42,448 bases of DNA from Bacteroides sp. Lineage in GTDB: Bacteria; Bacteroidota; Bacteroidia; Bacteroidales; Bacteroidaceae. Positions 1 through 9,303 of the stretch are shown piece by piece (position 1 is the first letter of the stretch; every line of letters begins with the position of its first letter). The position numbers were made by a program, and so were the translations under genes. The stretch lies in contig JBHAEN010000055.1 in assembly GCA_041855645.1 (NCBI GenBank), positions 1 through 42,448 on the forward strand, in the 5' to 3' direction. The notes below the pieces were generated by a model. It ran no database searches. It was not told the DNA's origin and saw nothing but the letters and a program-made list of their open reading frames with translations.

Positions 1-1311
1 ATACGACAGCCCTTTAAGAAATGGAAAATCCACCTGCATATAGTTTACGGTATTGATTGCTCGTCCTACATCCTCGCGTTTTACATTGAGAGCATCCAAA
101 GGATTGGCCACCATGGCGTCATTTCCATCCGGGAAAAACACCAGGTTCCCATTGCTATCGTAAGGTTCTGCCAAGGGATTCATCCTTATCGCCCTATCCA
201 GATTTACACTTGTACCGGGCCTGTCTGCATAGGCCAATGTCGTCGAAGTCCCAAGTTTTAGCCAAGGCGTTATCTTCGTGTCAAGATTTGCTCTTAGTGT
301 ATATCGGTTAAACTCGTCATTTTGGGCAACGCCTTTATTCAGACTTGCATTTCCTGAGATGAAATACTGAACGTTCTCCGCACCACCGGCTAAAGAGAGA
401 TTATAATCTTGCTTGAACCCTGTTTGTAATGCCAAATCAAGCCAATTGGTGTTAATCCCTTTATTATGTTGTTCGGTCAAGAAGACATTGGAACCAAGGC
501 GCTCTTCGCTCAATCTGTAATATTCTTCGCCCGTCATCATTTTCGGTTTATTGATGGCATTACTCACAGCCAGCGTGCCGGTGAACGAAATAATCGGTTT
601 TCCTGTTTTCCCCTTCTTGGTGTTGATGAGAATAACGCCATTGGCCGCTTTCGATCCGTAGATTGCCGCAGAAGAAGCGTCTTTCAAGATTTCCAAAGAT
701 TCAATGTCCGACGGATTTATTTCAGACAGAAATCCATTATATTGTATGCCGTCTAAGATTATAAGAGGCGAAGCATCTCTGTTGATAGAACGCTGTCCGC
801 GAATGCGATAAGACAAACCACTATTATCATCCGAAACACTGTTTGAGGTGTTTGTGATGTTCAATCCCGGCAATTTCCCTTGTAGCGATTGCATAACATT
901 TGTCGAAGGCATATTTTTCAGTTCTTCGGGTCGTATGGAAATAACCGCTCCTGTTACATCTTTTTTCTTTTGGACACCGTAGCCTACAACTACAACCTCA
1001 TTCAATGTTTTAGCGTCTTCTTCCAGAATCACACTTAGGACGCTTTTTCCTGTAATGTTTATGATTTGAGATTTGTAACCAAGATAGCTCACTGAAATGG
1101 ACTCCGTTCCGAAAGGGATATTCAACATGAAGTGTCCGTTCACATCGGTAACTGTTCCCTGTGTATGGCCAACTGCCGTTACAGTGGCTCCAATTACGGG
1201 TTCTCTGTTCGAGTCTGCTACTTTGCCTGTAATCTGTTTCCCTGTTTGTGCATATAAAACATGTACAATAAAGAATATCAGCAGAGAGAGACTATAAATT
1301 CTTTTTTTCAT
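1..1311 (-). CDS. susC: SusC/RagA family TonB-linked outer membrane protein (5' part; continues past the left edge)
   Basis: Not in the ORF track because it has no stop inside the window. Manual translation from the ATG at 1311 gives MKKRIYSLSLLIFFIVHVLYAQ (signal peptide), EPVIGATV, LNEVVVVGYGVQKKKDVTGAV and the plug motif LKDASSAAIYGSKAANGVILINTKKG. The frame is open to base 1. Confidence 0.95.
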   Translation of the reverse strand, partial: MKKRIYSLSLLIFFIVHVLYAQTGKQITGKVADSNREPVIGATVTAVGHTQGTVTDVNGHFMLNIPFGTESISVSYLGYKSQIINITGKSVLSVILEEDAKTLNEVVVVGYGVQKKKDVTGAVISIRPEELKNMPSTNVMQSLQGKLPGLNITNTSNSVSDDNSGLSYRIRGQRSINRDASPLIILDGIQYNGFLSEINPSDIESLEILKDASSAAIYGSKAANGVILINTKKGKTGKPIISFTGTLAVSNAINKPKMMTGEEYYRLSEERLGSNVFLTEQHNKGINTNWLDLALQTGFKQDYNLSLAGGAENVQYFISGNASLNKGVAQNDEFNRYTLRANLDTKITPWLKLGTSTTLAYADRPGTSVNLDRAIRMNPLAEPYDSNGNLVFFPDGNDAMVANPLDALNVKREDVGRAINTVNYMQVDFPFLKGLSY

Positions 1312-1339
1312 GGTTTTGATTATATTAGTTAAACTATCG

Positions 1340-1347
1340 CAAAGATA
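1340..1347 (-). promoter_or_regulatory. Bacteroidetes -7 promoter box (TATCTTTG) for susC
   Basis: CAAAGATA on + reads TATCTTTG on -, matching TAnnTTTG, about 30 bp upstream of the ATG at 1311. Confidence 0.6.
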
Positions 1348-1559
1348 GCTGCACCCTAATCCAACAGCCTTACAATATCGTACTGTTTTCCTATAATACA
1401 GTACAACTATTTGTCGTCCAGCTGTTTGTGAAGCTGTAAAATCGGTTTTTACTTAATCTGCTGAAAGAATATACCACAATAGACATATCATTTTCAGGGT
1501 AAGAAAGAGAAGGAAGAGTGTTTAATGTCTGTGAGTTTTGTGTAAACATAGCATACCCG

Positions 1560-1710
1560 CCTGTCATGAGCATTCATCTTCTAAAGTATGGTTCGGGGAA
1601 AATGGTGTTGGAATAAAAAAGATACAGATTGTGTACCTGTCAGCTTCCACCTATTCACCACTTATTTTCTTTCGACGCATCAAGTCAATCGTTGGTCTGC
1701 ACCCGTTTTT
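1560..1710 (+). pseudogene. Possible degenerate AraC-type HTH / hybrid two-component regulator remnant
   Basis: 1655-1705 encodes SPLIFFRRIKSIVGLHP, resembling the SRxxFxRKxKxxxGLxP helix of Bacteroides HTCS AraC domains. There is no intact ORF around it. Confidence 0.3.
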
Positions 1711-1936
1711 TTGTCCATAAGCAGTCCCCTTTTCGTTGGGGGCAGACCAACGAATAATAATGTGCATGCGAAAGCCCTTGCTCTCTTCCGCAGAAAAGCG
1801 TGCCCGATGCGGCAAAATACGTTGATTGTCGGGTTTACTTTGGGGATGCGGATCTTCTGAAAATACGCTTCGGATTTTGCCGCGGCAGCTTTGTTAAAAA
1901 CATGTCCTTATATGGTCGGAAACCGCTCTTTTTATC

Positions 1937-1944
1937 TATCTTTG
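1937..1944 (+). promoter_or_regulatory. -7 promoter box (TATCTTTG) driving the riboswitch/cbi operon
   Basis: Exact TAnnTTTG 7 bp upstream of the riboswitch P1 stem. Confidence 0.7.
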
Positions 1945-1950
1945 CCTCCG

Positions 1951-2139
1951 CATTTTGGTTGTACGTCCTGTGATTCCGACAGGGATGTGCTGAAAAGGGA
2001 ATCAGGTGCGAATCCTGAACAGACCCGCTGCTGTAAGCTCCTCCGATAGTTTTCGGCCGATACTCGGTTCCACTGTTCGTCGACGATTGAACGGGAAGGA
2101 TGGCCGGAGATGGAGTAAGTCAGAAGACCTGCCAGAATG
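1951..2139 (+). ncRNA. Cobalamin (B12) riboswitch
   Basis: Contains AAAAGGGAA-TCAGGTGCGAATCCTGA, CCCGCTGCTGTAA, CCACTG, GGGAAGG and the B12 box AAGTCAGAAGACCTGCC. P1 is CATTTTGG (1951-1958) pairing with CCAGAATG (2132-2139). It lies directly upstream of cobalamin genes. Confidence 0.95.
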
Positions 2140-2185
2140 GATCTTAGTTAAAAAGCTCGAGGTTTAGGCTTTCAACTTGTACACC

Positions 2186-2878
2186 ATGTCCGATGCAGTC
2201 GTCATAGTTTCTCTTGGTCCGGGCGATCCGGAACTGATTACGTGTAAGGCGTTGAAAGCCTTGCAGCAGGCCGATGTCGTCTTTTGTCCGACCACGGATA
2301 CCTCTTCGCGTGCCATGGACATCCTTGTCGGCTTAGGCATAAGTGAAGATAAGGTGGAACGATTCGGGGTTCCCATGAGCAAGGAGCGAAAGCGTGCTTT
2401 GGCCGCCTATGAAGCGATAGCCGACAGGATAGCCCAACGCTTCGGTTCGGGGGATGAGGTGGCGGTGATAGCCGAAGGCGATGCGGGCTTTTACTCTTCG
2501 GTTCATTACATCAGCGATAACCTGCGGCTGCGGAATGTCCCTACCCGGAAGATTGCCGGCGTGCCTGCCTTCATCGCTTGCGGAGCCCTTGCCAATCTGC
2601 ATATAGTCAAGCGGGAAGACGAGTTGGTCGTCATACCCGGAACCTCCGCTCGCGACACGTTGCGGCAACACATGGAGGCAGGAAGAACCGTCGTCGTCAT
2701 GAAGCCTTCGCAATGCGAAGCCGCCGTCAAGGAATGCTTGTCCGACGAAGGATCGACCTTTCACTATTTCGAGAATGCGGGCGTTTCCGGCAAAGAATAC
2801 TACACCACCGATAAAGACGCCATCAGGGAGCGGACGTTTCCGTATTTCTCCCTGCTGATTATTCATAACGAATTGTAA
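2186..2878 (+). CDS. cbiL: Precorrin-2/cobalt-factor II C20-methyltransferase
   Basis: Tetrapyrrole methylase motifs GPGDPELIT and EGDAGFYS, plus C-terminal PYFSL. ATG at 2186 preferred over TTG at 2177. Confidence 0.88.
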   Translation: MSDAVVIVSLGPGDPELITCKALKALQQADVVFCPTTDTSSRAMDILVGLGISEDKVERFGVPMSKERKRALAAYEAIADRIAQRFGSGDEVAVIAEGDAGFYSSVHYISDNLRLRNVPTRKIAGVPAFIACGALANLHIVKREDELVVIPGTSARDTLRQHMEAGRTVVVMKPSQCEAAVKECLSDEGSTFHYFENAGVSGKEYYTTDKDAIRERTFPYFSLLIIHNEL

Positions 2879-2882
2879 CCCG

Positions 2883-4028
2883 ATGAAGTCTCTGTATTTA
2901 GTGCTTATGACCGCCATGCTCTTTGGGGCGGCCTGCAAACCCGGTAAGAAAACCGAAACTTCCTTGCAGACGGCAGCTGCGAAAGCCGACACTGCCTCTG
3001 CCATCAAGTATGCCCAAGGATTCAAAGTCGCCGACCACGGGCAATATAAACTTGTCACGCTGTCCGACCCTTCGGGCGAGAGCGACGCCGTGTACCGCTA
3101 TGCGCTGCTTCGCAGAGGAGCCGACAAGGCGGGCATACCCGCCGAATACCAGATTGTGGAGACACCCGTGCGCAGCGTTGTCTGCATGACCAATCTTCAG
3201 TTGTCTAACTTCATCAAGCTCGATGCCTTGGATAAGGTTGTCGGGATATCCAGTACTCGGTTTTTGTTCAATGAGTCCATGAACCGCAGGTTGGAAGAGG
3301 GGAAGACGAAGAAGATAGGTATCGAAGGCGAGTTTGATAACGAAATTGTCATATCCCTGCGCCCCGACATCATCCTCGTCTCTCCCTTCAAACGCGGAGG
3401 ATACGATGCCATTCGCGATCTTGATATACCTCTTGTCAGCTTTCTTGGCTACAAAGAGACGTCGCCGCTGGGGCAGGCCGAATGGATTAAGTTCACGGCC
3501 ATGCTTTTGGGCATGGAAGAAAAGGCCGACAGTCTGTTCAACGACATCGAGCGGAAATACACCGCGTTACGTGCGCTCACCGCTTCCGTCGATCGTCGGC
3601 CCACGGTGATGAGCGGCGAACTTCATTCGGGAAACTGGTACGTCGTGGGCGGCGACAGTTATCTGGCGCAACTGTTCCGGGATGCCGGTGCCGATTATTT
3701 CATGACGAAGCAAAACAACAGCAAGTCGGGAGGTTTCTTCGTCGACTTCGAGACGGTTTATGCGCAGGGAGCCGATACCGACTATTGGCGCATTGTCAAC
3801 AGCCACAACGGCCCTTACTCGTATCAGGCTCTGAAACGGAGCGACTCACGCTATGCCGACTTCAAGGCGTATAAAGAGAAGAAAGTCATCTACTGCAATC
3901 TCAGAGAAAAACCTTTCTACGAGAATACGCCCGTTGAACCTGAAATCGTGTTGGCCGACCTGATTGCCATATTCCATCCGCAACTACTGCCCGGACACAC
4001 TCCCGTTTACTACGAACTGTTGAAATAG
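2883..4028 (+). CDS. BtuF/FecB-like ABC transporter substrate-binding lipoprotein (corrinoid/metal chelate)
   Basis: Lipoprotein signal (LFGAAC), ETSPLGQAEWIKF, and PEIVLADLIAIFHP typical of the Bacteroidetes class III binding protein. Adjacent to the permease and ATPase. Confidence 0.88.
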   Translation: MKSLYLVLMTAMLFGAACKPGKKTETSLQTAAAKADTASAIKYAQGFKVADHGQYKLVTLSDPSGESDAVYRYALLRRGADKAGIPAEYQIVETPVRSVVCMTNLQLSNFIKLDALDKVVGISSTRFLFNESMNRRLEEGKTKKIGIEGEFDNEIVISLRPDIILVSPFKRGGYDAIRDLDIPLVSFLGYKETSPLGQAEWIKFTAMLLGMEEKADSLFNDIERKYTALRALTASVDRRPTVMSGELHSGNWYVVGGDSYLAQLFRDAGADYFMTKQNNSKSGGFFVDFETVYAQGADTDYWRIVNSHNGPYSYQALKRSDSRYADFKAYKEKKVIYCNLREKPFYENTPVEPEIVLADLIAIFHPQLLPGHTPVYYELLK

Positions 4029-4029
4029 C

Positions 4030-5061
4030 ATGAAACGGCACTCGCTTCTTTTCGCCCTGATCGTGCTGTCCATACTTCTGTTCTTCACTCTGAACCTTGT
4101 ATGGGGGACGATAGCCATACCCGCCGGTTCCGTGTGGAGAATATTGTGGGGAGCCGATGGCGAGTCTCCCGTATGGAACGACATCGTTTGGAAGTCTCGC
4201 TTTCCTCAGACGCTCACGGCATTGGTTGCCGGCATGGGACTGTCCATTAGCGGCTTGCAGATGCAGACCGTATTCCGCAATCCTTTGGCAGGTCCTTCGG
4301 AGTTGGGCATCAGCTCAGGGGCAAGTCTGGGTGTGGCGCTCATTATATTGCTGTCGGGCAATATTGCCGGAACCGCCATGAGCCGTCTGGGACTTTTCGG
4401 CGAGGTGGCCATATCCTGTGCCGCCATTGTGGGGGCTATGGCCGTGATGGCCATTATCATCGGTATCTCGCAGCGCGTGCGGGGGAATGTCATTTTACTC
4501 ATCATCGGTGTCATGATAGGGTACATCGCGACGGCCATCATCGGCGTGCTCAAGTTTTTCAGCAACGACGAAGACGTGCGTGCCTATGTGATCTGGGGGC
4601 TCGGCAGCTTTGCCAAGGTATCGGGCAATCAGGTGTACACGTTTGTGTGCATCATGCTTGTGCTCGTTCCCCTTGCTTTTCTGCTTGTGAAAACACTCAA
4701 CCTGATGCTGCTGGGCGAGGCTTATGCGCGCAATCTCGGACTGAACGTGAAACGTGCCCGCTTGCTTGTCATTGCTTCGTCGTGCATCATCACGGCCATT
4801 ACCACCGCTTATTGCGGCCCCATCGTGTTTCTCGGATTGGCCGTTCCGCATCTGTGCCGGACTCTTTTCGTCTCTTCCGACCATCGCATTCTTATGCCTG
4901 CCGTAACGCTCACGGGGGCTTCGCTGGCACTTTTCTGCAACCTTATCGCCCGTATGCCTGGACTGGAAGGAGCGTTGCCCATCAACTCGGTGACTGCACT
5001 CATCGGTGCCCCCATAGTCATTTCCGTCCTCTTCGGCAGGCGAAAAAGTGAAATACATTGA
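4030..5061 (+). CDS. BtuC/FecCD family ABC permease
   Basis: Highly hydrophobic, with GLQMQTVFRNPLAGP, LLGEAYARNLG, GPIVFLGLAVPH and PINSVTALIGAP. Confidence 0.92.
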   Translation: MKRHSLLFALIVLSILLFFTLNLVWGTIAIPAGSVWRILWGADGESPVWNDIVWKSRFPQTLTALVAGMGLSISGLQMQTVFRNPLAGPSELGISSGASLGVALIILLSGNIAGTAMSRLGLFGEVAISCAAIVGAMAVMAIIIGISQRVRGNVILLIIGVMIGYIATAIIGVLKFFSNDEDVRAYVIWGLGSFAKVSGNQVYTFVCIMLVLVPLAFLLVKTLNLMLLGEAYARNLGLNVKRARLLVIASSCIITAITTAYCGPIVFLGLAVPHLCRTLFVSSDHRILMPAVTLTGASLALFCNLIARMPGLEGALPINSVTALIGAPIVISVLFGRRKSEIH

Positions 5062-6071
5062 ACGCTATGAAAGCCCGAAACGATACGATTGTCATCCGGA
5101 ATCTCTCTATCGGATATGCCTTGAAGAAAGCGACGAAAGTTGTGGCACAAGCCCTCGACACCACTATCCGCAGCGGAGAACTTACCTGTCTGCTCGGCGC
5201 AAACGGCATCGGCAAGTCTACGCTCCTGCGTACGCTTACTGCCTTTCAGCCGCGACTCGGTGGAGACATCTTCCTGCACGGAAAAAGCATTGACGCGTAC
5301 GGAGAGAAAGAGTTGGCGCGCCTGGTAAGCGTCGTGCTGACGGAAAAGTTTGAAATCAGGAACATGACCGTTCGTGAGCTGATTGCCCTCGGCCGAAGCC
5401 CTTATACCGGCTTCTGGGGGAATCTCGGTGCCGACGACCGGACCATGGTGGACACGGCCGTGGAGCTTGTGCGCATCCCTCATCTGGCAAGCAGGATGGT
5501 GCACACGCTCAGCGACGGCGAACGTCAGAAGGTGATGATTGCCAAAGCCTTGGCACAACAGACTCCCATCATCCTGCTGGATGAACCCACGGCTTATCTC
5601 GACTTTCCCAGTAAAGTGGAAATCATGCAGCTGCTCCATCACCTGACGCGCCATACCGAGAAAACCATATTTCTTTCAACGCACGACCTTGAGCTGGCTC
5701 TCCAGATTGCCGACAAGATATGGCTCATGGATAAAGAGAACGGCATTCGTACAGGGACTCCCGAAGATCTTTCGCTCGACGGAACGCTCAGTGGCTTTTT
5801 CGAGCGAAAGGGCATTATCTTCGATCGCGACACGGGACTCTTCCGTGTGGAGAATGAATCGACCCGCGAGATGCGTCTCACCGGACACGGACCGGCCTAT
5901 ACGATGATCCGCAAGGCTTTGTCGAGAAACGGCATCCGTGCTTCGCGTACCGCCGTGTCCGACATTCATATCGAAATACGATCCGATGGCATATTCCTCG
6001 GTCAGGCGGGAAAAGCTCCGTCCGCCGTGTCCGGCATCGCAGAACTTCTGGAGCGCATCGAACAACTATAA
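5058..6071 (+). CDS. BtuD/FecE-like ABC transporter ATP-binding protein
   Basis: Walker A GANGIGKST, signature LSDGERQK, Walker B IILLDEPT and H-loop STHD. The true start may be the ATG at 5067. Confidence 0.93.
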   Translation: MNAMKARNDTIVIRNLSIGYALKKATKVVAQALDTTIRSGELTCLLGANGIGKSTLLRTLTAFQPRLGGDIFLHGKSIDAYGEKELARLVSVVLTEKFEIRNMTVRELIALGRSPYTGFWGNLGADDRTMVDTAVELVRIPHLASRMVHTLSDGERQKVMIAKALAQQTPIILLDEPTAYLDFPSKVEIMQLLHHLTRHTEKTIFLSTHDLELALQIADKIWLMDKENGIRTGTPEDLSLDGTLSGFFERKGIIFDRDTGLFRVENESTREMRLTGHGPAYTMIRKALSRNGIRASRTAVSDIHIEIRSDGIFLGQAGKAPSAVSGIAELLERIEQL

Positions 6072-7879
6072 TGATACTCATTTTCGGCGGTACGACCGAA
6101 GGGCGAAAAGCAGCGGCAGTGTGCGACGAAGCCGGTAAACCCTTCTACTATTCCACCAAGGGGCGGATGCAGCAACTTACCGCGGCCAACGGCATCGTCC
6201 TCACCGGTGGAATGGACGATACGGCCATGTATGATTTCTGTACTTCGCACGACATACGACTCATTGTCAATGCGGCACATCCTTTCGCCGAAGTCTTGCA
6301 TGCGAACATTGCCCGTGCGGCAGATCGCTTGCACATTCCCGTACTCCGTTACGAACGCACGTATGCGACGCGAAGCGATGACATTACGTGGTTCGACACT
6401 TATGATGAAGCGGTCGGTTATCTTCTTCGTCACCGCATCGAACCGGTACTTTTCCTGACGGGCGTCAATACCTTGAGCAAACTGAGACCCTATTGGCAGA
6501 AGTATGATTGCCGCTTTCGGATACTCGACCGGGAAGAGTCGAGAGCAATGGCTCACAGTCAGGGGTTCCCGCCCGAACAACTTCTGTATTATGATCCCGA
6601 CGAAGACTTGCCGGCACTTTTCCGCCGCTTGTCGCCTCAGGCCATACTTACGAAGGAAAGCGGTGAAACGGGAGGATTCGACGCGAAAGCTGCCGCGGCG
6701 CGACAGGCAGGTATTCCGTTGCTCGTCATTCGCCGTCCGTCCTTGTCGTCTTCGTTCATTTCCGTCGGAGGGGAACATACGCTTCGCAAGGAAATCGAAC
6801 GACGGTTGCCGGACTTCTTCGAACTTAAAACGGGATACACCACGGGAACATGTGCCGCTGCCGCCACAAAAGCCGCCTTGTTGACGCTGCTCTCCTCCGA
6901 GACTTGGCCGGAAGTGCGCATTACGCTTCCCTGCGGGGAGCAGGTGAAAATACCGGTTGCTCATACGGAATGTGCCGGAGATACCGTAACCTGTACCGTC
7001 ATCAAGGATGCGGGCGATGACCCCGACGTTACCCACGGGCAGGCCGTTTGCTCCACGGTCCGACTTAATTGCGGCCGTCGAGGCGTGCAATTTCTTCAGG
7101 GCGAGGGAGTGGGAGTCGTTACTCTGCCCGGGCTGGACATCGACATCGGAGGGCCTGCCATCAACCGGGTGCCGCGCCTGATGATGAAACGCGAAATCTT
7201 CAAAGTGATGCGCCATTATCGCGATTGTCTGCCCGACGGCCGTTTGTCGACAGGGGTCGATGTGACAATCTCCGTGCCGGGAGGAGAGGAACTGGCCCGG
7301 CGGACGTTCAACCCCAAACTCGGTATCGTGGGAGGAATCTCCATCATAGGCACATCGGGCATCGTGCGTCCGTTTTCGTCCGAAGCCTTCGTGGCCGCCA
7401 TCGGACGGGAAGTGCAGGTGGCCGCCGCGTTGGGGTGCAGGCATCTGGTCATCAATTCCGGGGCAAAGAGCGAGCGTATCGTGAGGCAGCAGTACCCCGA
7501 TTTGCCTGCACAAGCCTTCGTTCATTACGGCAACTTCATCGGAGAGACGCTTCGGGCGGCCGATGCGCATGGATTCGACCGCCTGACGCTCGGAATCATG
7601 ATCGGGAAAGCGGTGAAGCTGGCCGAAGGGTTTCTCGATACGCACAGCAAGAAAGTGGTGATGAATCCGGATTTCCTCACCGGATTGGCGCAGGAGGCCG
7701 GGCTCGACGCGGAGACTGTAAAGGCCATCGGCACAATGATGATGGCCCGCAGCTTATGGGAAATCGTGCCTGCCGACAAGTCGTTGCGGTTTTTCGGTGC
7801 GATCATGCAGCGTTGTTATGAGGTATGTAAACCGCTTTTCCCCAAAGGAGAATTGGAAGTGATTCTGATCGGAGAATAG
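6071..7879 (+). CDS. cbiD: Bifunctional CbiJ/CobK (precorrin-6A reductase) - CbiD (cobalt-precorrin-5B C1-methyltransferase) fusion
   Basis: N-half has ILIFGGTTEGR, NAAHPFA and TKESGETGGF (CbiJ/CobK). C-half has GYTTGTCAAAA, KDAGDDPDVTHG and TFNPKLGIVGGISIIGTSGIV (CbiD). TAATG overlap with the upstream stop. Confidence 0.93.
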   Translation: MILIFGGTTEGRKAAAVCDEAGKPFYYSTKGRMQQLTAANGIVLTGGMDDTAMYDFCTSHDIRLIVNAAHPFAEVLHANIARAADRLHIPVLRYERTYATRSDDITWFDTYDEAVGYLLRHRIEPVLFLTGVNTLSKLRPYWQKYDCRFRILDREESRAMAHSQGFPPEQLLYYDPDEDLPALFRRLSPQAILTKESGETGGFDAKAAAARQAGIPLLVIRRPSLSSSFISVGGEHTLRKEIERRLPDFFELKTGYTTGTCAAAATKAALLTLLSSETWPEVRITLPCGEQVKIPVAHTECAGDTVTCTVIKDAGDDPDVTHGQAVCSTVRLNCGRRGVQFLQGEGVGVVTLPGLDIDIGGPAINRVPRLMMKREIFKVMRHYRDCLPDGRLSTGVDVTISVPGGEELARRTFNPKLGIVGGISIIGTSGIVRPFSSEAFVAAIGREVQVAAALGCRHLVINSGAKSERIVRQQYPDLPAQAFVHYGNFIGETLRAADAHGFDRLTLGIMIGKAVKLAEGFLDTHSKKVVMNPDFLTGLAQEAGLDAETVKAIGTMMMARSLWEIVPADKSLRFFGAIMQRCYEVCKPLFPKGELEVILIGE

Positions 7880-8040
7880 TTTTCCGGAGCGTGAATTGAG
7901 TGAATTTCAACTTCCGGGCGGCTGTTGTCGCATCCTCCCTCACAGACTGATGTCTTGTAAAATTCTTTCAATTCTCTTCATGAGGTCGTTTCGGAACGGG
8001 TCGGGATTTTGCCCCTTTCCAAAGCCCCTCTGGAAGGGCT

Positions 8041-8154
8041 TTTCCGAAATGCGTGCACTTGACGTCTGAAATGCACGCATTTCAGACGTCAGACACGTGC
8101 ATTTCAGAGATTGAACACGTGCATTTCAGACGTCAGATGCGCGCGATTCGGAAA
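8041..8154. repeat. Palindromic intergenic element (REP/MITE-like), copy 1
   Basis: 37-bp imperfect terminal inverted repeats (8041-8077 vs 8118-8154, 32/37). Perfect 15-bp inverted repeat at 8060-8074/8077-8091. GCATTTCAGA recurs at 8077, 8099 and 8121 (22-bp period). Confidence 0.8.
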
Positions 8155-8280
8155 CCGAGAAATTTATGTAAAAAAAAGAGATGTTGGACGTGCTCATTTT
8201 CGGTGTGGAGAATGGGGAGAATTGAAGGCGTCGCGCTTTTGGCTGACGACAGCAAGGGAAAAGAATAACAAGCATAAATT

Positions 8281-9303
8281 TCAGTCCATCATCAGGCTCA
8301 TGTAAGGCCTCCGCGATCGGAAGACCCATTCGGAGAGCTTGTCGATGCTCATCTCCGTGAAAACGTCCGACAGAGGTTCGGGGCTTACCGTGCATTGCCC
8401 TTTGTGCAAAGCATAAAAACCGTTGTTCGCGCTTAGTTGCGGATCGGTCAGGGCTATCTGCAAATCGAGTTCGGGGAAAACGGAAGCATGGCGTTGCAGC
8501 ACTTCCCGGGCTTGAACGACGCGAATCATGCCGACGGGTGTGTCCGGCATCTTTCCGTCGGAGGGAGAATATCGGAGGAATGACGTCGCGCCCGTTTCTT
8601 TTTTAAGGGTATGGAGCATGGCTCGATCGACTTCGGGATGATCGGAGAAATGTTCGTTGACAATCCAACCCGGTTCTCTGCGATAGGCGATGAGCATACC
8701 GCAGACTTCCCCTTGCCGTTTGGCCGCAAGGAGAAGGCCTTGGCTCACGCTCAGGTCGGCCAGAATCACGCGGAAATCGGCTTCGGGATGTTGTATGCAG
8801 CAAGGACGATCCGACATTTTGCGGCTGAAGTAGCGGAAAATATCTTCTTCGTAAGTCTCCGTGCGTTCTACCCTTATGTTGCCGTCTGCGTTTTCCGGAG
8901 CGTCGATTTTTTGCGTCGAGCGGCGGAACACGGGCGCATAGCCCATGTGCCGGTAGTAGTCGAACAACCACGGTTCGGCCGGAATCAACGTGCTGAAAAG
9001 CGCATCGCCTTGTGCCATGCGTGCGAAGGCTTGTGCAAGCAGTTGGCGCATCACCCCCCTGTTGCGAAAGTCGGGATGTGTGCAAGCCCCCGACACATAG
9101 GCCGTTTGCACCGTTTCTCCTCCGAAAGTCAGGGGATAAGGAAGCATCTGAAGGGCCGCGATGAGTTGTTCGCCGTTGCGGATACCTACGTTGATGTCGT
9201 CATCATAGCGCAGCCTGAAGTAAAGGTCGATGAATGCTTCACTGTCGCCGAAGCAGAGTCTCCACAGTGTTTTGACCTGTTCTTTGGTGCATTCGCCGTT
9301 CAT
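8281..9303 (-). CDS. GNAT family N-acetyltransferase (Eis-like, C-terminal SCP2-like domain)
   Basis: Acetyl-CoA motif YVSGACTHPDFRNRGVM, LIPAEPWLFDYY..MGY, and C-terminal D..L..NNG...PYMSLMMD. Confidence 0.88.
   Translation of the reverse strand: MNGECTKEQVKTLWRLCFGDSEAFIDLYFRLRYDDDINVGIRNGEQLIAALQMLPYPLTFGGETVQTAYVSGACTHPDFRNRGVMRQLLAQAFARMAQGDALFSTLIPAEPWLFDYYRHMGYAPVFRRSTQKIDAPENADGNIRVERTETYEEDIFRYFSRKMSDRPCCIQHPEADFRVILADLSVSQGLLLAAKRQGEVCGMLIAYRREPGWIVNEHFSDHPEVDRAMLHTLKKETGATSFLRYSPSDGKMPDTPVGMIRVVQAREVLQRHASVFPELDLQIALTDPQLSANNGFYALHKGQCTVSPEPLSDVFTEMSIDKLSEWVFRSRRPYMSLMMD

Noticed and set aside
466-1297. Short plus-strand ORFs 466-756 and 1097-1297
   Set aside because: They are antisense to the minus-strand susC frame that covers 1-1311.
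6002-7645. 547-aa minus-strand ORF, and similar long antisense ORFs (4809-5654, 14540-15487, 17408-18871, 19026-20078, 37343-38341)
   Set aside because: They are shadows opposite well-supported genes, with no recognisable motifs.
8077-8137. 22-bp periodic repeats as a mini CRISPR array
   Set aside because: The units are too short, have no unique spacers of CRISPR size, are embedded in a palindrome and are unrelated to the 36-bp repeat.
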